DNA from: Candidatus Hydrogenedentota bacterium
GTDB lineage: Bacteria > Hydrogenedentota > Hydrogenedentia > Hydrogenedentales > SLHB01
Direction: 5' to 3'
Assembly (NCBI GenBank): GCA_045863315.1
Contig: BTUX01000003.1
Location: 1-49,473, forward strand
Length of the DNA stretch: 49,473 nt
In this document: in pieces, positions 27,901 to 37,896 of the stretch
How the letters are laid out: each line of letters starts with the position of its first letter
Numbering within the stretch: the stretch's first letter is position 1
Notes under the pieces: model-generated
What the model was told of the DNA's origin: nothing
The model's input: the letters and a program-made list of their open reading frames with translations, nothing else
The model's database searches: none
Position numbers and translations under genes: made by a program

Positions 27901-28630
27901 GTGACGCCAGCAGGCGGTCGATCAGCCGCTCATACGCGTCCGGCGAGGTATCGTTCACGAAGGCTTCGACCTCCTCCGGCGACGGTGGCAGGCCGGTAAG
28001 GTCGAGGCTGGCGCGGCGGATGAGTGCGCGGCGATCGGCTTCGGGCGACGGTTTCATGCCATGCGATTCGAGCTTGGCGAGGACGAAGGCGTCAATGGGG
28101 GTCCTCACCCAGGATGAGTCGTTGACTTCAGGGAGAGGCGACTGGACCGGCCTTTCCAGGGCCCACAGATGTGCGGAATGGTCCGCGTCAACGTGTTCAT
28201 GATCATCAGCCCAGCGCGCGCCTTCATCAATCCATTGTTTCAGGAGCGCGATTTGATCCGGAGTGAGCGGATCGCCTTTCGGCGGCATGCGGAAACCGGG
28301 ATCGTCGGACGTGACGCGAAGGATCATCGCGCTCTCCGCGCTGTCGCCGGGCCGGTACGCCGCAACCCCGGAATCGCCGCCCTGTCTGGCCCCCGCGGGG
28401 GATTCGAGACTGAGCCCGCCCTTCTGGTTCCCGTCGCCGTGGCAGTCATAACAGCGGGAGGCGAAGATCGGCCGGATCTGGGATTCAAAGTCGACGGAGA
28501 CCGAAACCTCGGCGAATCCGGCACACGACATAGACAGAAAACCGGCGACCGCGCCAACGGTTCGCGCCCTCGCCCAGCCGCTTCGCGCAAACACCTTGCG
28601 CTGTGCGCGGTACGTACACGGTCCGTGCAT
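24956..28630 (-). CDS. Planctomycete cytochrome c + DUF1549 + DUF1553 protein with two inserted beta-sandwich domains
   Basis: CYDCH and CAQCH; LIRRASLDLTGLPP, WLDGARYADT, RVTMNRLWQ, PTHPELLDWLA, NTPLQALTLLND; start codon uncertain. Confidence 0.9.
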   Translation of the reverse strand: MHGPCTYRAQRKVFARSGWARARTVGAVAGFLSMSCAGFAEVSVSVDFESQIRPIFASRCYDCHGDGNQKGGLSLESPAGARQGGDSGVAAYRPGDSAESAMILRVTSDDPGFRMPPKGDPLTPDQIALLKQWIDEGARWADDHEHVDADHSAHLWALERPVQSPLPEVNDSSWVRTPIDAFVLAKLESHGMKPSPEADRRALIRRASLDLTGLPPSPEEVEAFVNDTSPDAYERLIDRLLASPHYGEAQALRWLDGARYADTNGYEKDRPRSIWPYRDWVINAFNRDLPFDRFTIEQLAGDLLPNATLDQRIATGFHRNSMLNEEGGIDTEEFRYEAMVDRVNTTAAMFLGLTMACAQCHSHKYDPITHEEYFRFYAFLNNTDDVEIEVPDAEIAAKRRAIENEIATLVSELPQKFPVADPLTEILTARPVVATSAGNATLSVSEDGLVAVTGESPAVDTYTVEIDLAPGRVTGLTIEVSAESGGLGPGRSDKGNFVLSEAIATLPVQGEEKPRDVKFARADADAVNTGFEAEKAIDGDPKTGWAIDGHGVDKLAPHALSLWFAEPLELASPARLTLRLDQQYGRNHTIARFRVSTIAETIPPSDEPDEVRRARHFDRKFAGWDADLTSRARNWTVATPVTCSSKNHVTFEFLEDNSVLVKGDNPNVDTYYTEFRTDVRDLTAVRIEVLPHPSLPNHGPGRGVIMSAPGDFLLSEVKAAVAPWMAPDSIADIALQNPTADFAAPGRTPEQTLDGKIDTGWSINGQQSRPHAIVYEFAEPVAHDGGTLLKLVLEQYYVHNHIIGRFRVSVTSDPLPVRATGVPHDIETILATPQNARSAEQVDTLQKYYLTVAPELAREHQRIADLRGLMPKFPTTLVLEEREHPRETRIHHRGEFLSPRDVVTPGVPAILPPLPAGAPLNRLTLARWLVSEENPLTARVTMNRLWQSLFGRGIVASVEDFGTRGDLPTHPELLDWLAVEFMRRGWSMKEMTRMIVLSSTYRQSSRVTPELAERDPENILLARAPRYRVDAETIRDIALSASGLLSEKIGGPSVKPPLPDGALSIVYPGEGWQVADGDDRYRRGLYVYWKRTLPFPAAGTFDAPARDVACTRRVRSNTPLQALTLLNDPVFMEAARALAGRVMHEASDTQSRIARAFQLCTGRNPDPREQEWIAAFYERQLQRLAETPTIPDSLAAGEIKRAEHAAWTLVCRALLNLDETITRG

Positions 28631-28950
28631 TGCATGGCCTCGATAGCAGCTTTGACCCAATACCTTCTCAGAATACCAGATTCCCAACGGTTTGCGAACC
28701 CCGCCGACCTGCCAACCAAACGGCTGGATGAATTCCGGGTTCAGCTTTGCGAGAATCAGCCGGGGCAGGCGAACACTCAAGATGGAACGGAAAGCGCCGC
28801 ACTCCAGTTTTCATAAACCCAATCGGCGGGGCCGGTGCCTTTTTCGGCATAATGGATGCAAACTTGCGCGCTGCGTCCCGGTCAGTTCGAGTGTCGTCGC
28901 CGAGCTACGTTGGTTCTTTCTCTGGGTCCGCCTTGGAGAACGGAGGTTGA

Positions 28951-30168
28951 ATGTTCCGAAGACCTACCCATGCATGTGTCGCACTCGGTCTGCTCGCGGC
29001 TCTTGGCGCCGGCGCCGATCCGTCCGAGGCGGACCAGGAGTACATCGCGAAATTCCTCGAACGATTTCCGAAGGCGGACTCGCCCCCGACGCTCGCCGAG
29101 TACGCGTCGCCGGCCCAGTTTGACGAACGGTTTCTCGGCGAGCCACTGGACAAGGCCCTGGAAAAGGTCGACAACAATCAGGGCAATATCGCGTGGGGCC
29201 TCGCGTATTGGATGATCGCGTATAACGAAATGCACCAGGCGACGGGCGATCCGAAGTATCTGGCCGCCAACCTGCGCTGCATCAAGGCGGTACTGGCCGC
29301 GCGCGACGACAAATGCGGAATTGAACTGTGGACCGGCGAGATTGCGCCCGCTTGGAGTTCGGACAAATACGCGAAGCGCGGCCGCGCGGTATTCGGCGTG
29401 CACACCGGCATGATCTGCTACCCCATTCTGGATTGGCTCATGCTGGCATCGGCGCAACCGAGTTCCGTTTCCCTCACGCCGGAGGAACGCGACACCATCC
29501 TGAAGGAGACGCTCGAAGCCTTGGCGTGGCACGACAAACAATGGCGGGACGGTCCGGGCGACGGCGAGGGCCATTACATCATGATGGATCAGGAGGACGG
29601 ACTGGACGGGCGCATCAAACCCGGCAACCGCCTGAGCGCACTCGGCCGCGCGCTGTGGACCGCATGGAAGGTGACCGGGGATGAAAAGTACAAGGAGCGC
29701 GCGCTGCGCATGGGGCGGTATATCAAGCGCCGGCTGACGACCGGCACGGACGGCGCCTACTACTGGGAGTATTGGCTGCCCGAATCGCCGGTCACGACGC
29801 CGGCCGAACGCGCAACCATAAAAGGCGAAGACACCTCGCACGCGCAGTTGACCATGTCCTTCCCTCTGATGCTCGCCGCGGACGGCCAGGTGTTCGACGA
29901 GGAAGATGTGCACAAGTTTGGGCTCACATTCACGAATGGGATTGCCCGACTGGGAAATGGCATTTTGATGGGTTCGGTGACCGGCGACCCGAAGTACCAA
30001 CCCTCGCTGGCGCAGAGCCCGGACGGATGGCTCGTGCCGGCGTGGCGCATACCCGAGGCGCGCGATCAGTTGGTCACGTTTTACCTGAATCACGTCCCGA
30101 CACCGGCCCCGCTCGATCTGGCGACGCTGATCCGAATTACCGCCGAGACCAAACGCGCGCAGCGTTGA
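28951..30168 (+). CDS. Secreted hypothetical protein, probable alpha/alpha-toroid (glycosidase/epimerase-like) fold
   Basis: GGAGG RBS, signal peptide, repeated hairpin motifs ATGDPKYL and VTGDEKYKERA. Confidence 0.6.
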   Translation: MFRRPTHACVALGLLAALGAGADPSEADQEYIAKFLERFPKADSPPTLAEYASPAQFDERFLGEPLDKALEKVDNNQGNIAWGLAYWMIAYNEMHQATGDPKYLAANLRCIKAVLAARDDKCGIELWTGEIAPAWSSDKYAKRGRAVFGVHTGMICYPILDWLMLASAQPSSVSLTPEERDTILKETLEALAWHDKQWRDGPGDGEGHYIMMDQEDGLDGRIKPGNRLSALGRALWTAWKVTGDEKYKERALRMGRYIKRRLTTGTDGAYYWEYWLPESPVTTPAERATIKGEDTSHAQLTMSFPLMLAADGQVFDEEDVHKFGLTFTNGIARLGNGILMGSVTGDPKYQPSLAQSPDGWLVPAWRIPEARDQLVTFYLNHVPTPAPLDLATLIRITAETKRAQR

Positions 30169-30239
30169 AAGGTTTGAGCGGTCCGATCACGGCGCCACGA
30201 CGAGGCCCGGCGGAAAAGGACCCTTGGGAGGAGCGGCAG

Positions 30240-31037
30240 ATGACGGCATCACGGGTTGCTTTGGTTCTGTGCGCGGCGATTTTCGCGGTGATCGGTTTCA
30301 TGTTCCTTTTCTTTCCGGTGTACTTTGCGTCGGCCGTGCATATCGAGTTGCGCCATGCAATAGCCGTCACCGATCTCCGCGCCGTGTACGGCGGCATGGA
30401 CTTAGGCCTCGCCGTGTTCTTCTTCGTTTGCGCCTTGCGAAACTGGATTCAGCCGGGACTGCTCGCCTCCGCGCTCGTGTTCGGCGGGTTGGCGTACGGG
30501 CGGGCCTTTGGCTTTCTTGTCAGCGGCGGATTCGAGGGAATCAATCGGGTCTTGTTCGCGTGCGAAGCGGCCGGGCTGGTCATATCCATCGTACTTCTCC
30601 AACTGGAAGAGGGACGCCGCGGTCGCGCCGTCTTCAAGTCCTTGATGAAGGGGTTACTCGGTTGCTTTTTCATGCTCGCCGGAGCGAACCATTTCATCAG
30701 TCCCGCGTTTTACGTTCACATCATGCCCTACTACTTCCCCGCGCGATATGACCTCGTGTTACTGAGCGGGGTATGCGAAATCGTCGCTGGACTGTTGCTG
30801 TTCGTGCCGGGCTTCTCGCGGGCCGCCGCATGGGGCATGGTCTCGATGCTCGTCCTGTTCCTGACCGTCCACGTCCACATGATCATACATGCCGCCGACT
30901 ACGCCCGGGTGCCTCCGTTGTTTTTGTACCTCCGGCTGGTCCTTCAGGTACCCTTGATCGCGTGGGCGTGGTGGTTCACGCGTACTGATGAGGTGCGGTC
31001 TTCCGAACAATCACGGTCCCAGCCGACCGTCGCGTAA
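30240..31037 (+). CDS. Membrane protein, DUF4345-like fused to DoxX-like domain
   Basis: N-half DLRAVYGGMDLG; C-half AGANHFISPAFYVHIMP...SGVCEIVAG...LRLVLQVPLIAWAW. Confidence 0.65.
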   Translation: MTASRVALVLCAAIFAVIGFMFLFFPVYFASAVHIELRHAIAVTDLRAVYGGMDLGLAVFFFVCALRNWIQPGLLASALVFGGLAYGRAFGFLVSGGFEGINRVLFACEAAGLVISIVLLQLEEGRRGRAVFKSLMKGLLGCFFMLAGANHFISPAFYVHIMPYYFPARYDLVLLSGVCEIVAGLLLFVPGFSRAAAWGMVSMLVLFLTVHVHMIIHAADYARVPPLFLYLRLVLQVPLIAWAWWFTRTDEVRSSEQSRSQPTVA

Positions 31038-31053
31038 GATGAGGGTATGAGCC

Positions 31054-31875
31054 GTGGGCGAATTTGCGTTCAAGTCCGGAGGGGTGCATCTGAATGCGCG
31101 CCGCTGGAAGGTCGAAAACGCCAAAGCGACCGTCGTCATCACGCACGGCTACGGACACCACGGAAGCAGTTTCGCGGAGGCGGCAGAACGGTTGAACGCG
31201 GCCGGGCTTTCTGTGTTCGCGTGGGACCAGCGCGGGCACGGCAAATCGGAAGGCGAACGCGGTTATATCGAGTCGTTCGACCACACCATCGGCGATCTCG
31301 GCGCGTTTCTTCTGCGCATCCGCGACCGCGTCGTGGGCAAACCGCTGTTCTTGATGGGACACAGCCTGGGTTGTCTGGCGGTCGCCCTGTATTGCATCGA
31401 TGACGAACCGGACGTCCGCGGGATCATCATGAGCAGCGGCCTTCTCAAGATTCCCGACCACGTCCCGAAGGTGCTCCAAAAAGTGGCGGGCGTACTGGGC
31501 GAGTTTACGCCCAAGCTGCCGGTGCAGCGCGTCAACGTCGAAGCCACCTCGCGCGACCCCGCCGCCGTGCAAACCTTACGGGACGATCCCCTGCGATACG
31601 GAGGCTGGATGCACGCTAGGTCCGGCGCGGAAATCGCCAAGGCAGTGGCCCGATTGCAGGACTCGATGGACCGGCTTTCTCACCCTATGCTCATCATGCA
31701 CGGCAGCGATGACCGGCTGACAGACAGCGAAGGGAGCCGGGAACTGTATGCGCGGGCGCGCGCCACGGACAAGACATTGCGGATCTTCGAGGGCGGCTAT
31801 CACGAACTCTACAACGATCTGGACAAGGAGCGTTTTTATCGCGAACTGATCGAGTGGGTCAATACCCGCGTTTGA
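31054..31875 (+). CDS. Alpha/beta hydrolase (lysophospholipase/monoglyceride lipase family)
   Basis: HGYGHH, DQRGHGKS, GHSLG nucleophile motif, HGSDD, YHEL. Confidence 0.88.
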   Translation: MGEFAFKSGGVHLNARRWKVENAKATVVITHGYGHHGSSFAEAAERLNAAGLSVFAWDQRGHGKSEGERGYIESFDHTIGDLGAFLLRIRDRVVGKPLFLMGHSLGCLAVALYCIDDEPDVRGIIMSSGLLKIPDHVPKVLQKVAGVLGEFTPKLPVQRVNVEATSRDPAAVQTLRDDPLRYGGWMHARSGAEIAKAVARLQDSMDRLSHPMLIMHGSDDRLTDSEGSRELYARARATDKTLRIFEGGYHELYNDLDKERFYRELIEWVNTRV

Positions 31876-32013
31876 CCCCTGCGTAGACGGACGTCGGCCT
31901 GTGCGCAAACCTGCGCGCGAACCTGTTGCTTGCAGGCGCGACCTGCGGATAAAATGCCCGATCCGCGCCGCTTTCCGTGAGTTCGGTGCGATTCAACGAG
32001 GGGAGCATTGACC

Positions 32014-33048
32014 TTGGCTTCAACATTTCGCGTTGGAATCATCGGCTGCGGCGCCATTGCGGAGCGCCTGCACGTGCCCGATTATGCAGTCTGTCCCGAG
32101 GCCGAAATCGTGGCAATGTGCGATGTGAACGTCGCGCGGGCCCGGTATCTCGCCGACCGCTTCGCGCGCGGGGCCCGCGTGTACGGCGACTACCGCGTCA
32201 TGCTGAAAAAGGAAAAACTCGACGGAGTCACCGTCGTGTTGCCGAACTACCTCCATGCGCCGGTCACCATCGACGCGCTCGACGCGGGGTGTCACGTCAT
32301 GGTGGACAAGCCGATGGCGACGACCGCGGTCGAATGCCGGCGCATGATCGCCGCCGCAAAAAAGAACAAACGATTGCTGATGGTCAATCAGTCGCAGCGG
32401 CGGTTCGCCCCGCACCGCAAGGCGAAGGAAGTGGTCGACAGCGGAATCCTCGGAAACATCCTGCACGTCACCGCGATGTTCGGGCACGAAGGTCCCGAGC
32501 ACTGGAGCCCGACCGGCAAGTGGTTCTTTCGGAAAGACCGCGCCCGCTTCGGGGCCATGGCGGACCTCGGCGTGCACAAGGCGGACCTCCTGCGCTGGCT
32601 GACCGGCAAGGAAGTCGCCGAGATTTCCGCGTACGCGGCGCGGTTGGAAAAGCGCGGCGCCGACGTCGAAGACAATTTCGTTTCGTGCCTGAAATTCACG
32701 GACGGCACCGTGGGCACGCTGTGTGCCTCGTGGACGATCAAGGGTATGAACGCGAACTACATCATCCTGCATTGCGAGAACGGCACTTTGCAGGTCGGCC
32801 TGCAAGACCACAAGCCCGTGCTGGCGCGCCTCGCCAACCCTGAATGCGAAATCGTCTTTGACGTGCCGCCGCCGCTGAATGACTACCCCGACACCTGGGG
32901 TCTCGACGTCAGCGGCAATTTCGTGCGGGCCGCGATAGGCCTCGAGGAACCGTTCTGCACGGGGGAGGAAGGCATGAAGTCACTCGAGATCATCTTCGCG
33001 GCGGAGAAATCGTTTCTCACCGGCCGCTCGGTCAAGTTGCGCCATTGA
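32014..33048 (+). CDS. Gfo/Idh/MocA family oxidoreductase
   Basis: VGIIGCGAIA, PNYLHA, HVMVDKPMA, GAMADLGVHKAD; TTG start at 32014 (or 32008). Confidence 0.9.
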   Translation: MASTFRVGIIGCGAIAERLHVPDYAVCPEAEIVAMCDVNVARARYLADRFARGARVYGDYRVMLKKEKLDGVTVVLPNYLHAPVTIDALDAGCHVMVDKPMATTAVECRRMIAAAKKNKRLLMVNQSQRRFAPHRKAKEVVDSGILGNILHVTAMFGHEGPEHWSPTGKWFFRKDRARFGAMADLGVHKADLLRWLTGKEVAEISAYAARLEKRGADVEDNFVSCLKFTDGTVGTLCASWTIKGMNANYIILHCENGTLQVGLQDHKPVLARLANPECEIVFDVPPPLNDYPDTWGLDVSGNFVRAAIGLEEPFCTGEEGMKSLEIIFAAEKSFLTGRSVKLRH

Positions 33049-33049
33049 C

Positions 33050-34156
33050 GTGAGCGGCGCAGCCCAAGACATGCATACCGTTACGGTGGCCCTCGGCGAG
33101 CGGTCCTATCCCATTCACATCGGAGTCGGCGCCGTCGAAGTGCTGGGCGACGAGCTGGCGCGCCTTCATGCGAGAGGGTCGGTGGCGATCGCGACCGACA
33201 GCAACGTCGCGCCGTTGTACGCAACACGCATCGAGGAGGTCGTTCGGCGCGCGGGCCTGTCGGCGCATACCTGTGTGATGGAGGCGGGCGAATCCCGCAA
33301 GCGGCTCGATCAGGTGGAGAAGTTTTGCGGCGAGTTCCTGACCGCGGGATTGGACCGGTCCGGCGTCGTCATCGCGCTCGGCGGCGGGGTGGTCGGCGAT
33401 GTCGCCGGTTTTGCGGCGGCCTCGTTCATGCGAGGAGTCCGCTACATTCAGGTCCCTACGACAATTGTGGCGCAGGTGGACTCGAGTGTGGGAGGGAAAA
33501 CAGGCGTGAACCACGCGCTCGCGAAGAACATCATTGGCGCGTTTCACCAGCCCTCGGCGGTGATTGCCGACCTTTCGTTTCTGCGCACGTTGCCGCCCCG
33601 GGAACTGCGCGCCGGCCTTGCCGAGGTCGTCAAGCATGGTATGATCGCGGACGCGGACCTGTTCGAGTACATGGAGAAATATCCGGCTGCGATTTTGGCG
33701 AACGACTTGAGCGCACTCGAGTATCCGATCCGGCGTTCCTGCGAGATCAAGGCAGCGATAGTCTCCGCCGACGAGCACGAGCACGGCGTGCGGGCCAACC
33801 TGAACTACGGCCACACGTTCGGCCACGGCATCGAGGCCGCATCAGGATACGAATTGTTTTTGCACGGCGAGGCGATCGCCTTGGGCATGCACGCGGCGGC
33901 GTCGCTCGCGCGAAACCTCGGCATGGTCGATCAGCATTTCGTGGACCGCCAGCGGCGATGCATCGAAGCCTATGGATTGCCGGTCTCATGGCGGGACATC
34001 CCGATCGACGAGACTCTGGAAGCGATGAAGCGGGACAAGAAGGTGCGCGCCGGCACGATGAAGTTCGTCCTCGTGGACGAAATCGGTCATGTCGTGCACC
34101 GCACCGACATCACGCTCGAGCAGGCGCGCGCGGCGCTCGAGTCGCTCCGGCATTGA
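33050..34156 (+). CDS. aroB: 3-dehydroquinate synthase
   Basis: ALGGGVVGDVAGF, QVPTT..AQVDSSVGGKTGVN, KNIIGAFHQP, LNYGHTFGHGIE, HGEAIA. Confidence 0.96.
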   Translation: MSGAAQDMHTVTVALGERSYPIHIGVGAVEVLGDELARLHARGSVAIATDSNVAPLYATRIEEVVRRAGLSAHTCVMEAGESRKRLDQVEKFCGEFLTAGLDRSGVVIALGGGVVGDVAGFAAASFMRGVRYIQVPTTIVAQVDSSVGGKTGVNHALAKNIIGAFHQPSAVIADLSFLRTLPPRELRAGLAEVVKHGMIADADLFEYMEKYPAAILANDLSALEYPIRRSCEIKAAIVSADEHEHGVRANLNYGHTFGHGIEAASGYELFLHGEAIALGMHAAASLARNLGMVDQHFVDRQRRCIEAYGLPVSWRDIPIDETLEAMKRDKKVRAGTMKFVLVDEIGHVVHRTDITLEQARAALESLRH

Positions 34157-34182
34157 CGCAAAAAACAGGAGATTCCTGACGC

Positions 34183-35016
34183 ATGGCATTCGGCGGTGAA
34201 ACGGCGGACAGCTACTACGACGACGGCCTCACCGCCAGCATGAAGGGCGACATGGCCCGCGCGATCCAGTGTTTTGAGCGGGCCATCCGGCTCGACAATT
34301 CCTACGCGGTGGCTTATCACCAGTTAGGCAAGTGTTATCTGCGAATGGGCCACGCGGCCAGGGCGGTCGAACTGCTCAAGCAGGTCGTTGCGAAGAAACC
34401 CCAATTGCAGCCGGCGCGGCTCGACCTCGGCTACGCGCTGCTTGCCATAGGAGACACGCGGGAAGCCCGCAAGCAATTCGAATACATCTATTCCGCCGAC
34501 CCGTCCAATGCGCGGGCCCAGTTGGGGCTTGCGCAGGTCTCCTTCAATGAAGGCGATTGGCAGGGGGCGGTCATGCAGGCGCGCGCGGCGCTGGCTTCGG
34601 GCGGCCAGAATTTTGCGGCCTTGTACCTGCTAGGGCGCGCCGCGAAACTCGCGGGCGATCCCATATTGTCCAAGGAATCGCTCGACGCCGCCGAAAAAGT
34701 CATTCAAAAATCCGTCGAACTCAATCCCGACCAGCCGGAGGGACACTACCTTCGGGGCGAAACCTGTTTCGCAAGGGACCAACTGGCCAGCGCGCTCGAA
34801 CACTACCGCGCCGCGGACGATCGTATTGACTCACAGAACGCCGACCGCCTGTACAGCGCGTTCGGGGAGAATTTCACGCAGATCGATATCTGGGCCAAAC
34901 TGGGCCTCTGTTACCAACGCTTGGGGAAGATCGATCGAGCGAAGGAAATGGGCGCGCGCATTCTCGCGCGCAATCCGGCGCACAAACTCGGTCAATCGCT
35001 TCACGAATTGGAATAG
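34183..35016 (+). CDS. Tetratricopeptide repeat protein
   Basis: Repeated TPR helices (AYHQLGKCY, ARLDLGYAL, AQLGLAQV, GHYLRGE). Confidence 0.85.
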   Translation: MAFGGETADSYYDDGLTASMKGDMARAIQCFERAIRLDNSYAVAYHQLGKCYLRMGHAARAVELLKQVVAKKPQLQPARLDLGYALLAIGDTREARKQFEYIYSADPSNARAQLGLAQVSFNEGDWQGAVMQARAALASGGQNFAALYLLGRAAKLAGDPILSKESLDAAEKVIQKSVELNPDQPEGHYLRGETCFARDQLASALEHYRAADDRIDSQNADRLYSAFGENFTQIDIWAKLGLCYQRLGKIDRAKEMGARILARNPAHKLGQSLHELE

Positions 35017-35061
35017 CCGGCGCATGCTGCTCGGGCTCGCCGCGATCGGCACGAGGGTTTC

Positions 35062-35712
35062 ATGGGCGACGTGAACGTCCAAATCGTTCGAGAGTTCTTC
35101 GAACTCAACCTGTTTCAGGTACTCACGAATTGGCAACAAAGCGCGCGCCGCTTGCGACTCGGCGAGCTCGGCGGCCAACTCTTCGTGCAGAACATCAGTC
35201 CGGCGCCGCCGCGCGAACTTCCTTTTCTCCTGCTGCCCGCCGACATCGCGGGAATCGAACGCGCGGTCGTCGAGGTCCGCGCATGGCACGGCGACCGGTT
35301 CTACCCTTCCGTCATCGAGGCAAATCCCGTCCTGTGCCAGTTCGTTTCCGACGAAGCCATGGCGCTCGCCAGCGACGTGTTCCACCAGCAGCCGTTCGCC
35401 ACAATCCTTGTGGTGTCGGAACTGCCCGCCGGCCCGGACCTGCGAAGACGTTCACTGTCGCTTCTCGAGGATTCCGGCATTGGGCATGTGATGGAGTTCC
35501 CGCTCATTCTGAAGGACTTGCTGGACAAGGTGGACACAAGCGGAAACTATCCGTCTTCACAGACGTTGCAGCTCCTGCGGTTGCTGAAACGGTACAAGCT
35601 CGTTCGCAACCAGCAAATGGAATTCGTGTTCGCCGCCGAGCCGCCACCGGCCGACCGCGCCGCCAGTATCGAGGCATCGGGCTTGCCGGACGAACCGGAC
35701 GAACAGGAATAG
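35062..35712 (+). CDS. Conserved-looking hypothetical protein
   Basis: Coding-like 216-aa ORF in operon orientation (IVREFFELN, VEVRAWH, TLQLLRLLKRY); function not recognised. Confidence 0.65.
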   Translation: MGDVNVQIVREFFELNLFQVLTNWQQSARRLRLGELGGQLFVQNISPAPPRELPFLLLPADIAGIERAVVEVRAWHGDRFYPSVIEANPVLCQFVSDEAMALASDVFHQQPFATILVVSELPAGPDLRRRSLSLLEDSGIGHVMEFPLILKDLLDKVDTSGNYPSSQTLQLLRLLKRYKLVRNQQMEFVFAAEPPPADRAASIEASGLPDEPDEQE

Positions 35713-35860
35713 CCCGCCATCGCGCGCAACGCGATTTGTTTGCGGCAGACAGCAGCCGCGGGCGCCCGTTCCATCGCGGAAAGGAGAACGTACGCAGCAT
35801 CCGCGGCGACGGTCGGTTCGATGTGGGTATGGATCACACTTTGGATGCATATCCATGTTC

Positions 35861-36340
35861 CTACATCGCCGTCGATGTCGATTTCAGGAGGTTGTTCACG
35901 AAGTCGCACACCTCCGAAAACTTCGAGGGCTCGGCCTCGCCATAGGCGATATGGACGATCTGCCCGCTCCGATCCACAACAAAGACACTGGCCTCTTTGG
36001 GCCGGCAGGGATACGACGCGGATACGGATCCGTCCCAGTCCATGAGAATCAGGTGTTCGATCCTCTGCTTGTAGAAGAAACGGACCGTCGGGCGCAATAT
36101 ATCCGGAACGCTGTTCACCAGCACAATTCCGCACACGTCTACGGCGTTCTTGTACCGCTGGAACAGCAGGTTTACCCATCCCTCGATCTGGTTCAAACTT
36201 TCTCGATCGGCGAAGAGGAGCACACAGGCCCGATGGCGCGGGAACGATACGGTATGGTTCTCGCGGAACTGATCTTCGAGGGTGAACTGCGGGGCCTGTA
36301 GGAATACGGGATGGCCCCTCGTCGTGATTGTCTTCTCCAT
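35861..36340 (-). CDS. Thioredoxin/peroxiredoxin-fold (AhpC/TSA-like) protein lacking CxxC
   Basis: APQFTLEDQF, LILMDWDGSV, SVFVVDRSGQI; AGGAGG RBS before MEKT. Confidence 0.7.
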   Translation of the reverse strand: MEKTITTRGHPVFLQAPQFTLEDQFRENHTVSFPRHRACVLLFADRESLNQIEGWVNLLFQRYKNAVDVCGIVLVNSVPDILRPTVRFFYKQRIEHLILMDWDGSVSASYPCRPKEASVFVVDRSGQIVHIAYGEAEPSKFSEVCDFVNNLLKSTSTAM

Positions 36341-36648
36341 TTGTTCAGCCTCCTGTGCAACGGTTTTGCGGACGTGCTGCCCGAGGCGGACTGACCGTCC
36401 CGCCCGCACTGTCCGCCGCCGCAACACCGAGCGCCGGCGCCAGGACTATTCCATTGATCTTGACGAAAAATGGGGACGTATTATTCCAATTTTCGAACCC
36501 GCGCAACGCCCTGAGTGCAAGGCAATTCCGCGCGTCGGCCCGGTGCAGGCAGGAATTCAGAATCGCTTGGGGAATAGCGAATCAGGCGGATAGAGTCATT
36601 TCAAGCGCACTTGCGCCGGCGCATACGAGGACGCGGGCCGCGAAGGGA

Positions 36649-37896
36649 TCAGGCGCGGTACTTGTCTGCGGTCTGGCGTACGATATTGGCCGCGAGTTCG
36701 CAATGCTCCGGTGTGTATTTCTCGCAGAACGTGCTCCATCGGATGAATGTGCTCAGGAACTGTGCGGCGTTTGGCGAAGTTGCCGCCCCGTACGTCGGCA
36801 CGCGCGACGCGGGAGGCGACGTGAACGGATACCTGCGATTCTCCGATTGGTCGCGTAGAAACGTAAGCGCCTCCGTGAGGAGGTAGTATTGCGCCGTGCC
36901 CGCCCCCGGGATACCCGCGTCGGCGAGCGTGGCGCCGAATTCCTCGGCGGAGCAGGTGAATGCGGCGGGGTCGATGTTGAATCCGGCCATCCAACACGAA
37001 TACACGTCCACGTAATCGGGCACGTGGAGCGGCGTGATGCCGGGAATCTCGGCAAGGTGTTTATACAACAGTCGCGCCATCTCATCGCGCCGCGCGATCT
37101 GGTCCCGCACAATCCCAAGCTGCGCCAGACAGATCGCCGCGGTGCATTGCGGCATTCGATAGGGAAACCCGACGGCGGTGTGTGTGCGCCCGAAGTGCGG
37201 GCGCATCACGCCGGCGCGGTTCTGCCCCATGAACCGCGCGCGTTCGTGCAACTCGGGATCGTTCGTCACCATGCAGCCGCCCGTATCGGATCCCATCGAT
37301 TTCTCCGGATCGAACGAAAAGCACGCCGCGTGCCCCAAGGTGCCCGCGAGCCGGCCCTTGTATCGGCCAAACACGGCTTGGCAACAGTCCTCGAAGACAA
37401 ACAGGTTATGTTTCTTGGCGAGTTCATTGATCGGATCCATGTCGCAAATGATCCCCGTCTTGTGGACGCACAAGATCGCACGGGTGCGGTCGTTTATGTG
37501 CGGCGCGATGGTCTCCGCCGAAAAGTTGATCGAGCCGGGTGCGGTATCCGGAAAGATCGGGATCACGTGTTGCGCCAGCATGCCCTGCACGGTGCCGAAA
37601 TCCGTTACGGGACTCACGATGACTTCGTCGCCGGGCTTGAAGTCGCAGGCCAGCGCGAGCACGTGGAGCGCGGCGGTGCAACCCGGCGTGCTGACGCAGT
37701 ACTTGACGCCCAGCGCTTCGGCGAACGCCCGCTCGAACCGGCCCACCATGTCTACGGTAAGGCCGGAATCGACGACCTCGGCAAGATACTTCTTCGCGTT
37801 GGGACCGATGGTCCTCGGAAAGGCCGACGGCAGGGCCCCGCCCTCCGCCATGAGGGCCCGGGAGATTTGTGCTGCGAGTGTCGAAGTGGGAAGCAT
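36649..37896 (-). CDS. DegT/DnrJ/EryC1/StrS family PLP aminotransferase
   Basis: TAALHVL, PGDEVIV, FEDCCQA, CFSFDPEK (PLP Lys), TGGCMVTND. Confidence 0.92.
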   Translation of the reverse strand: MLPTSTLAAQISRALMAEGGALPSAFPRTIGPNAKKYLAEVVDSGLTVDMVGRFERAFAEALGVKYCVSTPGCTAALHVLALACDFKPGDEVIVSPVTDFGTVQGMLAQHVIPIFPDTAPGSINFSAETIAPHINDRTRAILCVHKTGIICDMDPINELAKKHNLFVFEDCCQAVFGRYKGRLAGTLGHAACFSFDPEKSMGSDTGGCMVTNDPELHERARFMGQNRAGVMRPHFGRTHTAVGFPYRMPQCTAAICLAQLGIVRDQIARRDEMARLLYKHLAEIPGITPLHVPDYVDVYSCWMAGFNIDPAAFTCSAEEFGATLADAGIPGAGTAQYYLLTEALTFLRDQSENRRYPFTSPPASRVPTYGAATSPNAAQFLSTFIRWSTFCEKYTPEHCELAANIVRQTADKYRA

